A DNA stretch of 64,000 nucleotides, from assembly GCA_964036045.1 (NCBI GenBank), contig OZ038378.1, positions 189,100,001 through 189,164,000 of the forward strand, in the 5' to 3' direction. A program made the translations under genes and the position numbers. This stretch comes from Eutreptiella sp. 'Long Island Sound 2002' (Eukaryota; Protista; Euglenida). The notes below the pieces were generated by a model. It saw only the letters and a list, made by a program, of their open reading frames with translations. It ran no database searches and was not told the DNA's origin. Below are positions 21,611 through 35,677 of the stretch, in pieces (positions within the stretch are counted from its first letter, which is position 1; the number at the start of each line of letters is the position of its first letter).

Positions 21611-24600
21611 ATGGTTGTTAGAGGGCGGGCAAGGGGAGGTAAAGGGAGCCTGTTATTGACCAATGCTTGGCCTTGGGGGCATGTAACCCCCCAAATCGCC
21701 CCACCTGGAGCTGGTTAGTGGGGGGGGGGGGGGTAGTTGGCGTCCAAACCCGAGGAGTCGCACCCCTCGTGCCTCGCACACCTGAAGTGCACATGGCCCA
21801 ACGCTCCGCAGACAAAACGTGCTGCTTGACCCGCCAGCGCCTTCCGCTTCCCAATGCCCCGCGGCACTTCCACTCGTCCCCCGCGTCAATTCCGCCCGCC
21901 CACTGCACCGTGCGGGCCCTGCGCTGTGCACGCGTGTTGTGCGGACCGGCGCCATGTCCCCCGCGGATGCGCCGCGCTGCTCTTTGGGACTGCGGTCGTG
22001 TTTGATGTGCGGCGCCTGACCTCCTTCGGTTTTTGTATGAGGTGCAATGGCCCTGTCGCCTGTGCGCCGCCCGGCTCCGTTGTGCATTTACCGCCTTCCC
22101 TTGTTGTGTCTCAGGATGCGGTGTCCTACGGCTCACGGGGGCTCATCCCGCCAGCCGGTGCAGTGGCCAGTACTCCCGGACGTCGCATGTGCTCGATGGG
22201 CATCCGGTATTTCGCAAACCGGGGCCGGGGCGGGGGACCAGATACCTCTACTGGCACCCTCAGCGGCGGGGGCACATCGTCTGTGACGAGGATACGGATC
22301 CGATGCATTTTATGGGCAAACTACCCGCGGGTCTCGAAGTCTTTCCCGTGAAATCACCCGCTGCCGTTTACTACGTGTGCCTGTCAGGTATGCGACGCAT
22401 CTGATGGTCTGGGCATTGGGGTATGCCCTGGGCCTGGGCGGAGGCACTGGACTCCGCCGAGTCGCCCCTTTTTTATGATTGCCAGCCACAAGAGAGCCTG
22501 CGATGCATGACCCACGTGTTGCTCGGAGGATGGGCGGCACGAACCCCCCCCCCCCCCCCCCTGATAGTCCACCCCTCCATACGTCGTCAGTAGGTGGGAG
22601 GCATCCAGGCCGTAGCCTGGGGTCCGGTGTGGTGCGATCGCCGGTGATCTGGTGATCAGCGATGGGGAATGTCACTCAACTGTTGGCAGGTGCACCACGG
22701 CCTTAAACGGGTCGCCTTAAGTATTGAGTGTCCAGTGCATACTTGGCCCTAGTCTCCGGCAAGATTTTTGGCCACCTCCGGCAACCTCTGGCAGAAACAT
22801 GAGGTCGCATCCACCAGCCTCCAGCAGAAGTTTGGTCCACATCCGGCACCCTCTGGCAGGGCCAACACCACTCTCTCAGAAGCGTAAATAGACGTTTCTG
22901 GGAGGACAGCGGCAATAGTAATCGTAATCGTCATCGGACTGTATACCACCCATGCACAGCTGGTGAGCAGACCAGTGCGGTGCCTCAGCGGTATATGCAC
23001 AGTCTTGCAACCTGAATATCCCCGGTTCCACTCCTGCCTTTGGAATTCGTTGTGGCGCCTTTTTGGCCATCAGCCCACTGATATAAAACGTTTATGGCGG
23101 GGCGTCACGGTGGTGCGTGATGCAGCATCACCCGATGTTGCTGGGGCTGGTGTCGCGGCGGCAGCACGTGCTGCGCAGGGGACGCGACAAGGCAGAGGGT
23201 GACAGAACGGAGGTCCGAGGACACGGGGAAACACTCGTCAAACCGCCACCGCAACGCCTAAAAGGGCAGGCACAAGCAAACGGCTGGGTCGCAGACCACC
23301 CCACCCACTCACGGCTGAAGTGTGACCAGCGCACCCAAAACAACATCACTGCATTGAAAAATGTGGCTCGTGTACAAAAGAGGCGTCAAGTCGTGTATTT
23401 ACGTGGAAAATGCATGTGATTTTTTTTTGCGGTAAGTGGTGTAAATTATAAAAAGTAATTGAATTATTTTTTTGCGGTAAAATCGTGTAATTTTTTTTTT
23501 GCGGTAAGTCGTCTAAATTATAACAAAAATGGAAAATTGTAAGAAATGCAACTTTTGCAACACATGCGCAATATGTACAGTTGCCAATTCCGTACGGCAC
23601 CCCATAGCGACCTCAACGACGAGACCCCGAGTCCACAAAGCACCACCAGAGACGCCCATATAAGCGTAACATGATCGGTACTGTGCAGCATCTCTGAAGG
23701 GCCGGGGTAGGGGTTGGCGGGGGGCGGTGAGGGCGGGCTTATAAACCTGGAAAACGATCGCCACATGGTGCTCATCGGCGGAACGTACGTATGCGGGGGG
23801 CATCATACCAGGTATGATGCAGCCGGCTTCCAAAAGCCACTATGTCACTGTGACTGACACAAACGCCCCCATGCAATTGCGGGGCCATGCAGTGTTACAC
23901 GGGCACATCAGCACTCTACCAGCGATGCACAGCACAAGCCCCCCTTCCCCCCCACCACCATACCTTCGGACGATGGGCGGTCCACAGAAGGTCCCACTGG
24001 ACCATACTTGGTCCTAGTCTCCGGCATGCTGACGATCGCCGGATGTGAAGGTAACCTTTTGCCGCAGGCTGCCGGATGTGGCCTATTCCTGTGCCGGAGG
24101 GTGCCTGATGTGAGTGTTGTTGTGTGTTTGGGTTTTGATCGATTGTGTAGCAACATAATGGACCTGCCCAGAGAGACGGGTACTTGGAAGGCCCGTTTGG
24201 CACCGTCGTTTTCTGCCCCCTTTTGCTGCTTTCGGGGCATGTCCGTCTCGGCGCCGGCGTGGCAGTGGGTGGCCCAGTAAAGCTCATCAAAGTGTGGCGG
24301 TTGGTACTTCGGAGAATAACAACGTGTAGACCATATCCCATTCGGAGGGTGGGGGTGGGACACTGGGCCTCTGCCGGCAAGTGCTGTTGTTGCCCTCGGG
24401 CACCCGCTGCCACGCCGGCACATGCTGTGGCGCGACAATGGGCGGCAGACCTGACAGATGAACGTTTATTTTTTACAAACTCTTTCTCCCCCCAATGATA
24501 CGCACCTCCGCATGATCAGCATCGGCACGCCATGCCCCCTCCCCCGCCCCCCGCCTCTGGGGATTTTTTTTGGGTTGTACTTACGGCAGCCCCTGTTGCT

Positions 24601-24964
24601 GGGTAAGAAAGGGGCCCAGAAAGTGGCCTCACACGCCCCCCGGCCGCCAACCCACGTGCATACAAGCGACAAAGGCGACACATTGGGCAGACTCTCACAC
24701 ATCGCTCTAGCAGAGCACAGCCCAAGCCCCTGGTGGATGCATCTGACGTGCGGCACGAATCACAGCGGCTTTGAGATAGCCCGTGCGGCCGCAGCACCAC
24801 ATTCGATGGGAGGTTTCCGGAGCCAAGAAGTGGGTCTTCGGGGCCGACGCCAGGGGATCCCGCCTCGGCTGCACCCGGCGCATAGCCTGCGGGAAGAAGC
24901 CGTCTCCTCTGAGACGCCATATGTTGAGCAGGTGTGTGTTATGGGCATGTGCGTCTGCATAAAC

Positions 24965-24965
<1 letters not shown>

Positions 24966-25055
<90 letters not shown>
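24966..25055. repeat. (CA)n microsatellite, ~45 units
   Basis: Direct reading. Confidence 0.97.
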
Positions 25056-25058
<3 letters not shown>

Positions 25059-27309
25059 AACATAAAAGGTGTCCAGCGGCTCTGCCCGCCATCAGCAGCC
25101 CGGTCCCCCGAAGCGCCTTCTGACGGGCCCACTGAGGCTCGGCGATGAACTTGCCGACATCATTGAAGGCAACGGGGTGAGGGCTGCCACATAATTCGCC
25201 CTGAGCATTGCAAGGGGCCACCGACATTGCCCCTGTGGGTTGTCAGTTTCAATGACAGTTGGATGGGGGTACCTGAGGGAATGTTGCCCCAATATCTGTT
25301 CCTGTACCCCCCGCGCATTATGTATGATTATATGTGTGTATGTATGTATGTCTGTATGTACACGGTCCTCTGGGTCCCCTGGGTCCTCCGTCAAGCTGTG
25401 GGCCACCTCAGGCAGCCCCGGGACCCACGGCATCACACGCGGGTAGGGACCACCTGCCTACGCGTGGTGCCGGTAACACCAGTAGACGGCATGATAAGTG
25501 ATTATGACTATGACTGTGACTATGACAGTGTATGTAGGTATGTATGTTCATATGCACGTATGTATGCATCTATGTATGTGTACATGTATGCATGTATGTA
25601 TGCATGTTGCATAGAGGTGGCATCCCCAGCCCTTTATATGAACGGCAGCATCACCACCCTTGTATTGTGCTGTGGTTTGTATTGTGCGTCCCGTGGCCCC
25701 AGGAGCAACACAGACGGGGTATCGCGGCGACCCCTGGTCCAAGGAGCAATTCCTCGGGAGTATTGGGGTGTCCGTGGCTCCAAGAGCAACCCAGAGAGCG
25801 TCTCTTGGCCCCTAGACGTACCCACTGGGAGTATTGGGGCGTCTTTTGGCCCTAGGAGCAACTTAGAGGGATATGTCTTGTAGGGGGCGTTGTACATACT
25901 CGGCTTATGTCAACTCTGCCCCCCCCCCCCCCGCATCAGACCCCCCCATCCGGAACCCGCTCTCTCCCTGGGGGCACCTCGCGCCCCCAAGTACCCTATG
26001 TTAGCACGGGTAAATGCCCTTAGCATCCTGTTTTCCGGGCAGGGGCTTTTGACCCGTGTGCCAACTATTGGCACCTCGCGTCTACAACAAGCAGTGTCTA
26101 CAAGGGGCAAGACAGCGTCTACTTGGGTCGAACAATGTGTACAGACTACAGCCCGCGATTCCTTTGATCCACGGGCAAACAGGGGGGGGGGGGTACCCAG
26201 GTAAACGGGGTGGCCGCTGGCATGGGCCGCTGGCATGGGGGTAGAGTGCTAGCAGTGGTGTGGCCCCGCATGGGCTGCAAGTTGCGGCCAATGGGTGGTC
26301 GTCTAGCCGTAGCAGAAACCCATACTTTGTGGTACTTTGGGCATCATTGTTGTTTGGTAGTAGGTTTTGATGCATTGGGGATTTAGCATTTTTGGATGTG
26401 CACCCTGTTTCACCCATTTCTACTTTTTTGCACACATTTTTTTACCCATTTCCACCACATCTACTCTTTTTCTCGGTTGATTGATATGGTGATATACTTT
26501 GAGGGTGCCTGCTACAAGACATCATACTTCCCTCCTCATTTCTCAGGCCCGTTTTCTCCAAGGATCTCAATATTGGGTATAGGGTGTTCTACACCCGCTC
26601 CAACGGGTTGCGACCTTCTACCACAGTGGTTGGTACGGCTGAAGACGGACTCCTCCACTTGGAATACTACCAAGATGGGTTGAGAGTGGTCAATCGGCAA
26701 TGCACCACCATTGTTGATGCACTGATAAGTCACTTGATGGTGCTCTCCGAGTTCTCAAGGCGGGCACACTCTAGGATTGTCTGCTCCACAACCCGGAGTG
26801 CTGCGTCATGCTGGAAGCTGTCCTTGATAGCCACGGGCCGCGGTAAGTGGGTTTGGTGCGTCCCAAGGGATGATTCTTCACAACCGAGAAGTTCGAACAC
26901 CTACCAACCGTGTAGAGCGCCTTGTTGCCGTAGGCAGCAACGTGCATGACCCTCGCGAGTGTCGCACGTGGGATTCTTGTGCATGCAGCCCACACTGGTG
27001 TAAAATACAAATGGCGTGCCGCCGCTCAAGGGGCGGGTCACCCTGTGTTGAGGGGGGGGGGTACACCTTGTAAATATTGCTAACTGGAATTTTTGCTGGT
27101 GGGGGCCGTAGATTGGTTATCAAACTCCTGTAGGGGTACCAACTAGAGGCTGACCCCGGGCTGTGGTGACGAGGTTCAACGCATGTGGCCCAGAGACGAT
27201 ACCCTAACACCTGCCTTTGACGCTTAGGGGGAATCCTTGCACTGCGCGCGCACTGCGCGCAGACTACACACACACTGCGCGCTACTTTTAGACTATGTTC
27301 CCCCCGAAG

Positions 27310-28130
27310 AGCCCCTAGGCACGCCCCTTGGAAACACCCTTAGAATTAGGCGACCCAAACTGGACCGGAGGGGACCTTGAGGGGGACCTTCCTAATTCTT
27401 GTGGCAGTGGTGAAGGACTAGGGGCCTTTGGGGGGGAACTTGCCTGTTTTTTGTGGCAGAGATGGAGGGTAGTCAGGTGGTAAGTGTAAACTTGCGATGG
27501 CAAAGGAGATGGACTCATCCCAAGCTACGACTGGCGGACATGGTCATCAAACCCACCATTTGGAGAGCGGTCAAGGTAGCGACCAAGGTCAAAAAGTCCG
27601 CCAAGGAGCGTATTTGGGGAAGCTCCATCATGTTGCTACACATGGCTTCCGGGGCGGAGATAGTGGAGGGCTGGGCTACCGCCGGGATGGCAATCGTCGG
27701 CTTGAAACTCCTTTTGACGGTTAGAGAGGAGGCCAGCTTGGAGCACTAGGCCATTGACGGCGACTATGTGCAGTTCTTTGATAGCAAGACGCGACAAGAG
27801 TAGTAGACGAGGATTGTCATGGCGCTCACTCGAGAATGGCTCCAGTGGCTCGCAAGATACTTCCCCGAGCTCCGGGCGCATGCAGTCCTCTGCCCACGGC
27901 ATTCCCCGGGTGTCGGGACCCCGACCACACATGAAGAGGCCATGACCATTGTGACCCAATGGATGGCGGTGATGGCAATTGTGTTTGGCCAGTGGATTGA
28001 GACATGGCAGAGTGCCATTCACGGGGGCTTTCGCCGGGTGGTGCGTGTAGCCTCGGCACAGACGACGTTGTACCATGAAGGACATGAGAGTGGCAGTATA
28101 GGATGGCGTTGAATGCATGCCCCGGCCTGA
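27310..28130 (+). pseudogene. Second, diverged tyrosine recombinase pseudogene of the same family as 440-1290
   Basis: KKSAKERIWGSS...QFFDSKTRQE**...ALTREWLQWLARYFPE versus RSAAKERIWGSP...KFFD*KTRR...ELTREWLQWLACYYPE in copy 1. Confidence 0.7.
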
Positions 28131-29418
28131 AGTGTTTGCAGCCCACCCAGCGTTGGAGACTATTCTGCCGTGGCCACGGACAGTTCTCCTGGTGCAACAA
28201 CCGCATCTCTCCTTACATGGGTGTGGATGAGTCACGAATGCATGGTGCATCTCTCCCGCCCGCCTCACCCCTTAGCGTTGGGGTCAGCAGGACAGCAGTA
28301 CTGGCAAAGTTGGACCAGCTCAACTCCCTACTGCATGATGGGTGGCCGGGGTGTATGCCGCAGTGCTACTACACTTGGAGCAGCTCGCAGCGGGGCACAC
28401 TTTGTGCTTGACCCCTACCCATGGTGCCAGTGCTAGAGGCCCACACAAGAGAGAGAGCCTGCCAGTCCTTGTGGCTAGCTTCGTCCCAAGACAAGAAGTT
28501 TTGGACACCCTAACTTGGATCTTGAATAGTTTCGGGAGGGTGCCTTGTCCCAGGGCTCTATGAAGCACAACGGTGCGGTGGACCCTACCGACTGACCACC
28601 TCTTGCAGGCATGGAGCAGGCGGTTGTCTCGACAACCACAATGTTCTAGCGGCATGCCAAGGAGCCGTTGCTTTGTAGGGCTACCACACACCCTCATGCA
28701 TGTGCTTTAACGATGCAATGATGCCTGTCAGCTACTTTGGAAGGAGCTTTGGTCACAAGATTGCCCAGTTGAAGGCAAGCATGGGGCCTTGGTGTTGTTG
28801 GTGTTGTGCCAAAGGTCTGGCACACTGTCTCCGGCGTGCGTTTGTTTGTTTGCGTCATTGCCGCTGTGTGAGGTGTGTCGCTCCTTGCAAAGCTAGCCTT
28901 CAGTCCTCCACACCATTTGTCATGTGGGCTGGTTCATGTAGAGCAGCTGGAGGTCGCTGATGCAAGATATCCAAGCGGTGGATGCGACAAGCTTGGGCCT
29001 TGTGTCACGCCCCACAGTGGGGCTACATCTGCTCCTGCCGCCGGCTTTGTGCTCAGAGATGCTAGTGCTGCCACTGGGGTGGGTGTCTCAATGAGTGCTG
29101 TGGGGGCCAGAGGGTCTCAATAGTGGATATGTTGTGGAGGGTGGGGCGTTGTATGCACGGGGTGATGGGGGATATTGCTCGCTCGGTGAATGGAGTGAGG
29201 TACCCGGAGTGCATGGTGCATGGAGGGTGCCATGGACATGGGGATTGTGTTGGACATGAACAAGAAGCAGTGGGGGGGGGTGTGGAGTGTAAGCTCCCAC
29301 ACAACACACGCGGCCCAAATGTGATGGCCGCCGCGATGTGGCAGCTCGCATGTGCTTGACGATGAGCGGACCAACAACCGCATGGGAGGTTCAGAGTATT
29401 GCAGCCGATGCACCCACC

Positions 29419-30330
29419 TCACCCGCTCCATGCGGCCATGTACAAAAATGAGGTGCTAGTGGACGCCTTGATTGGGGTAATAAGACCCAAACCCTTGTAG
29501 GGTATCAGTGGGTTCATGGTCGTCATGAGGTGGGCTTCTCGGCCCAAATAGTGGCCAAAGCAGCCATGTCTTTGTCGCCGCACATGGCCATCCCAATGAC
29601 CCACAAATAGGCGGGTGTGCGGCCCCGTTTGCCGTGATTGAGGAGCCCAATAGACGATTGGGTCCAACTCCCACCGGCACATGGGTAGGCATCCCCGCGC
29701 ACAATAAACGTGAGGGTGGTGTCCAATGGTGTCCACTAGTGGTGGACGCGATTGAATGTAGCGGGCCCATGAGTGCACGGGCCAACTGCGGCCACTAGCG
29801 GGTGGGTCGTCCACGTTCACGGGGGGGCCCAACTCTAGCGGCTTAGCCATATCCTTCCACGTGTCCAAGAAGGCTTGCCGCGTTGGGGTGGGTCGCGGGA
29901 AAGTGAGGCCCGTAGCGGCCGTATAGTCAATTCCTCGCCGGGTCATGAACTCGGAGAGGTGGCGGAACCCCGTCTTTGTGACATTGAGGTCCATGGGGAG
30001 CCCAATAAAATCGGGTGCGGGAACAAGGGAGGAGGTGTATTGTTTCACTGCCTCCACTTGCTTAGTACGAATAAGGGAGGGGTAGCCAACGTCCGTGGCC
30101 TCCGACCATCGGGCCCGGGCCAAGGGAGATGAAGCCACCCACTCACCAAGGAGTTGGGAGACCAAAGAGTCCCGCAAACTCTTGGCTCCACTCAAACGCA
30201 CAAGCGTCATGCTAAGCTCGAGAACAGTGTCTCGAGGGAAAGGCATAACAAGTGCTACACAAGAGAAAAGGGGGTATGGAGTGGAGTTGGAGGTGGGCAC
30301 AAAGAAGAGGACTAAGGGTTGGACACCCAA
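29419..30330 (-). pseudogene. Frameshifted, truncated putative DDE transposase (possibly CMC/EnSpm-Plavaka-like)
   Basis: Long ORF shifts frame near 29725 into LTFIVRGDAYPCAGGSWTQSSIGLLNHGKRGR, which resembles the first catalytic-Asp block (beta strand-DG..S-W..I.L.N); family assignment is by eye only. Confidence 0.35.
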
Positions 30331-33300
30331 CCCTTAGGCAATCCAACATCTCTACAAATCCATTGGGCAACATTCTACCACATGAAACCCCCTCAAGACC
30401 CTAGCATACGCATGCAATTAACGGCCCAAATAGTTTAAAATCTAGAAAAAACTAGGTATTCTCGTTTAACATGTTAAAATTTATCGGTTTAACATTTAAC
30501 ACCTTTCAAAAATTAAAATTGAAAATTTAACATATTGGATTTAACGTGGGTCTCTAGGGATACCATTGTTTGTAACTCCGGTGTCAAGGCATGTAAGTCC
30601 CGACGAGTTGCCAAAATGTTCTCTCCCCCATGCAAAGCCCCGAAGTAGGGATGAGCCCGACCGGTTGTGGTCCCTCTCCAAAGGGCCGTGGCAGCCCCAC
30701 AACGATGCATGTGGGTGTGTAGGGGTGTTCACTCACCCCAACAACACCTCAATGGGCATGCCAGAAGAGTATTGGGGCGTCCTAGTGCCCGGCGACTTGC
30801 CATGGGGGAGTATCGGGGCGGTATCCACGGCCCTAGGACAAACCCTGTATCAAGGCGTTCCTTGGCCACAAGTGAAACCGAAAGGGAGTATCCAGGCTTC
30901 CCTTGGCTACCATAGTAACCCGGAGGGATATGGCATTCGGGCGTCTACATACTCCAACTTGTTGACCAAAGGGGGGGAGTGAAGGTTGTGACGTGGCACG
31001 TCACGCAGGCAGTAGGTGGTGGTGTAGTGGTGGTGATGTGTGAAGTGTCGTACGTGGCTATGCAAAGGCTAATGCTCAAGTAGGACAGCTGCAATGTACA
31101 ACTACCAAATGTGTGGCCTTTTTGCTATGCCTGTCCGCGGCTGGCCAATCATTGCAAGTTAGTGTCAAGGGTAGGCGTTAGGGCATCATATGTGGGCTAG
31201 ATGTGTTGAACTTAGTCACCGCACCCCGATGCACGCCTTTGGTGGGTCCCCCTACAAGGGGTTGAGAACCTGGCTACGGCACCCATCACCCCAAATTCCA
31301 ACCAATTCACGAGGTGTACCCCTAGCAAGACGCGACCACCTCCTCACTTGCGGGCATGCATCCTATTTTTTCCCGTAGTGTGTATCGCATACATGCCAAC
31401 TGCACGTGCGTCCACCGCTGTCTATGCACTGTGTTCATGCATGGTGTTGTGTTTCTCTTTGTTGCTGCAACTCACCTGCATAAGTGAGCCGGTGTGTTCC
31501 TTGTGCTTGGGACGGGTGGGTGCAGTGGGCTAACGTGTATCTGAGACTCCAAGAACCGAACACGGGAGCCATGGCGGCCCAGGGCAAGGCTAGGCCAGAG
31601 CTCCCCAGAAACCCGGCTCATTGTACCATGTCTTCTCCGTGCTAGCGGTGCAATGGACACAACAAGGGAGTGGGGACAGAGGGTTCTGCCGTGGACATGA
31701 TGGGTTTTGCAACAGAGTGCACAGTGGTGCACCAAGTGGGAGTCAAGTGAACCGAGATCCAAATCTTTGCAAAGGCTTGCTGCATTTGGTGCTTGTTTGC
31801 TGAAGTGGCTCCCTCCTTACCCCCGGTGGTAAAGCTGCAAATGCCTCTCCGTTGCCACTGCCCCCAAAGCCCAGACGGCCGGTATCCTTGGTCCTCGAGG
31901 TCCTCCATGAGGCCTTGGACAATCTCAGGAAGCCTGGGGACCCACGGTACTGTAGAGGGGTGGAAGCCATCCACTCGGCCGCGGTGGCCAGCAACACCAA
32001 TACGTGGCATGATAATTGATCCATGACTATGACTATGATTATGTATATATGTATTTGTTCACATTCATGTGTGCATGCATGTAGATGGGTAGGTAGATGG
32101 GTAGCTAACTAGGTTGGTATGTATGTATGTATGTATGTATGTCTGCATTTACATGCATGTATGCATGCATGTAGATAGGTAGGTGGCTAGGTGGGTTGCT
32201 ATGCATGCATGTTTCCATTTGCATGTGTGTATGCATGCATGTAGATAACTAGGTAGATAGCTAGCTAGGTAGGGTAGGTAGCTAAGTAGGTTGATATCTA
32301 TGTTTTGCGCTGTGCATTCTGCAGGGCTGGAGGTATCATTATCGCCGTGGTGCGGATGGAAGCATCCGATGGAGTGTCGAATGGGACGGCCCTGGACCAG
32401 CACCTGCAGCTGGGCCACCTGACCCACCTCCAACTCCTCCAGCCGTCCCCACCGTCCCCACCGTCCCCACCGTCCCCACCGTCCCCACAGTTCCAATGGT
32501 GCCCACTGTACCAAGCCCATCCCACCCGGGGAACGGGTCTTCTGGAGGTGATGCCCTATTCCACGCAGTGATGACAGGCGTAGTCAGAGGCCAACAGGCA
32601 TTTCCTCTCGGGGCAAAGCCAATGGGCCCACAGAGCCCCCTGGATCTTTTCGCTGGAAACGGGCTGGCCAGTGTTGTGTGCAAGGCATTTGAAGGCCCAG
32701 GGCACATTGCAAATACAATTGTGCAGGGGTCGGCGGCGGGTGGGGCATGGGGGGGTACGGCAACAACAAATGCGCAACGGTGACGGGGGATCGCCAAGTC
32801 CAAACAGAAGGAGAGGCGGAAGACAGACAGCCAGAAGGTGGGCGGAGGTCCGCGGAAGGCGGGGGTGAACGGGATGGCGTGGGTGCGTGTATGTGTTCGC
32901 ACAACGGGCGTCTGAAGCGTGACGTGGGTGGGCGCATGGTACGTCTGACCGGTGGGTTCGGTCCGATGTGTACTGTGTGCCCATTGTTGTCGGCGGCCGT
33001 CCTCTCGCACACATACAACGCTCCCCCAACCAGCGGTGCTGCGTGTTTTCTTTGGTGTGGCGGCGGGGGCCCGGTCAGCTATGGTCTATGGTCAACACGT
33101 TGTTATCCCACGAGGTACCAACCGCTACCGCTTATTGAGTGGTTTTGCCATTCTGTGTGTTGGGGGGAGGGTGGGGGGTTCGGTGCACAACTGTTGGCCG
33201 CAGCCCCCTCCTTCTCTCTGCCTGACGCTGGGGGCAACACTTTCTCCCCCGATGATACGCATTCAGCGTGGGTGCCCCATGTTACCCCCCCTCCTCTTGG

Positions 33301-33853
33301 CAGGACTGAGGCCAGTCCGGTAGTGTAGCTTCACGGCCCCCAGTACGAACGGGGCTGTAGCGCTGCATCCCGGGTAGGTCCCCACGGCTGGGAAGCGCTC
33401 GGCGTGGCGTGGGACACCTGCCCCAGGTGCCCCCCGGCCGTGTGGGACCCATCCTGCAAGGCACCGCCACCTGTCCAATTTGGCAGTCAAGGAGCGTGAG
33501 TTCCCCCCCAGTCATGCCCTGCAGCTGCCCCCGTTTCATTGGTGGGTACCTTTTGATGTGGCAGTGCGGTACGGGGCTGTGGATGTGGTAGTGGCCATGT
33601 GATATGGACGGACCACTGCTTGATGGTTTACGGATTGTTCAGGGGGTATTGGACCCTGGATTAGGGGTGGGGGCAGCAGAGGCTGCTGGGGATGCTGGTG
33701 GCACATGCGGCATGGGGAATGATGATGACTTGTGATTCTGGAAGCGTTTGAGGCAATCGGACTTGTGGTCTACGCCAAAGCACACTCCTGTCGCTTGTGC
33801 TGTGCTCCACACGGATGTTGGGGTGTGTATGTGTGTCTGCTTCTTTTGTGCAG

Positions 33854-34165
33854 CCGACACACGCCTTGTGGGAGGGCCTGATGACCTGTCAGGTCGTGTG
33901 GAGGTGCGGCACAATGGCGTATGGGGCACAGTCTGTGACGATGGCTGGGACGACTCGGATGCCTTTGTGGTGTGCCAGTCACTGGGGTACTCGGGCGGGA
34001 CAGCGCGTGAAGGAGGTGCGTTTGGCAAAGGGCGTGGGCCGATATGGCTGGCCAATGTGAACTGCGATGGTACGGAAAGGACTGTGACTGAGTGCCCACA
34101 CGGCGGCTGGGGCGGACACGACTGTGCGCACAAAGAAGATGCCGGAGTGGTTTGCAGTCCTGCAG
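33854..34165 (+). CDS. Exon: SRCR domain (type a), phase 1-1, 312 bp
   Basis: TTTTGTGCAG|CC..CCTGCAG|GT; DTRLVGG..GRVEVRHNGVWGTVCDDGW..VVCQSLG..IWLANVNC..C..C..EDAGVVC, six Cys (group A pattern). Confidence 0.92.
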
Positions 34166-34786
34166 GTGCTTGTGCTGTCCCCCCCTCCTTCTTTCGTCGG
34201 GCCATTGCTCTTTGAAGGATTTCGAGGAGGTGTAACGAAGTGTTGGTTGGGGATGCTGAGGAATGACGCGGTGCTGCAGCACATTTGCAGGGCAGTTACG
34301 GTCGCCTCTTTGTGTCACACTTTCACGGTCTTCATGGGCATATGCGAGTGTACGGCAAGACCGGCCCCACCCCTTCTCCTACAAGTAGCCTTCTACTGAC
34401 GTGATGTTCATCACCGGCGGGAGCATTTTAGATTAACCGGATGGTTTCTCTGATGCGCATTGCCCCCGTTTTCGTGGTTTCTCTTTTCTTTCCTTCTATT
34501 TCCATCACTGGCACGGGAGCCATGTGGTAAACAACGGTTCACTCCGAGCAGTGCCTCTTGGTTTGTGCCAGGGCGCAGGTGAGGGACCCACCGACGCCGC
34601 AGTGTGAGACTAGCGTGAGACTTTGGGGCTACGTTGCGGGCTGTGTTTACGGCAGCCCCTGTTTCCGGGTGAGAAGAGGGGGCCCAGAAAGTGGCCTCCG
34701 ATGTCCCCCACCCCCCCCTCCACGTGCATACCAGTGACAACAGGGGCACACGGGGCAGGGCCTCTCACATCGTTCCTGCAGAGCCA

Positions 34787-34872
34787 AGCCCCAGCCCCAG
34801 CCCCAGCCCGAGTCCAAGCCCAAGCCCCAGCCCCAGCCCCAGCCCCAGCCCCAGCCCCAGCCCCAGCCCAAG
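34787..34872 (+). repeat. (AGCCCC)n hexamer inside a dispersed repeat (related copies near 24550-24730 and 39428-39620)
   Basis: Direct reading; the flanks are similar between copies. Confidence 0.85.
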
Positions 34873-35677
34873 CTCAGGTCTTCTCCGAACACCCCCACAT
34901 TTACGACACATCTTTGATCCAAACCCAACTGCCGCTTTGTTGGGCGCCCTCTTTATGCCTCGTCCTCCCGCTGCACATGTCAAGCGGTTCCGGGGACTAT
35001 CACATCAGCCGGGGGGATCGTACGGAGCAGCCCGCGCACAAACGGGTCCACACACACGGTCCACGCACCCCCACATCCCCCGGGGCACAAGTTCTGCGTT
35101 CGTCCTCCCCCGGGCACGCGTTGGTTTGAGTGGCACACTGGACCCTCTACAACGCTGCCCCCGTGACATTGACCAGTTCACAAACACCACCGACGAGGTC
35201 CTTCCTACGTCACCCGCAGTACCCCCCGTGCACGCGTTGTAGCGAGGCTGTGCATTGGGCCTCGTGCGGTGCGCTGTTGTGCGCCATTGTACATGAGTCC
35301 CGGCGGCAATGCCCAGGTACTGTGACCAAAGCAGACCCCTGTTGTGCCCGGTACACAAGTGAATCTGGTCCGAGACCCGGTGGAAAGGGCTGCATGCAAA
35401 CGCTCTGCGGGCGCCGGAGTGGACGCCACGGGGGCCGTGCACTGCCGCGGTCGGCGGTGGGATCCGTATTCCGCTTGGACCCACAGAACTGCCCTTTGCC
35501 TCCCCCAGTCCCCTCCGCAGACGACCTCAACCCACAAAACTGGTCACACCAGAGACACGGGACAGCGGTTGTGGAACACGCCCCCGTCGCGTGCAAGTCC
35601 CTCGGGGCCCCTCCCACTGGGGGGTGCTCTACGGCCCCGCAGCCGGCGTTTGTCTCCGCGCGACCACATTTGTGCAG

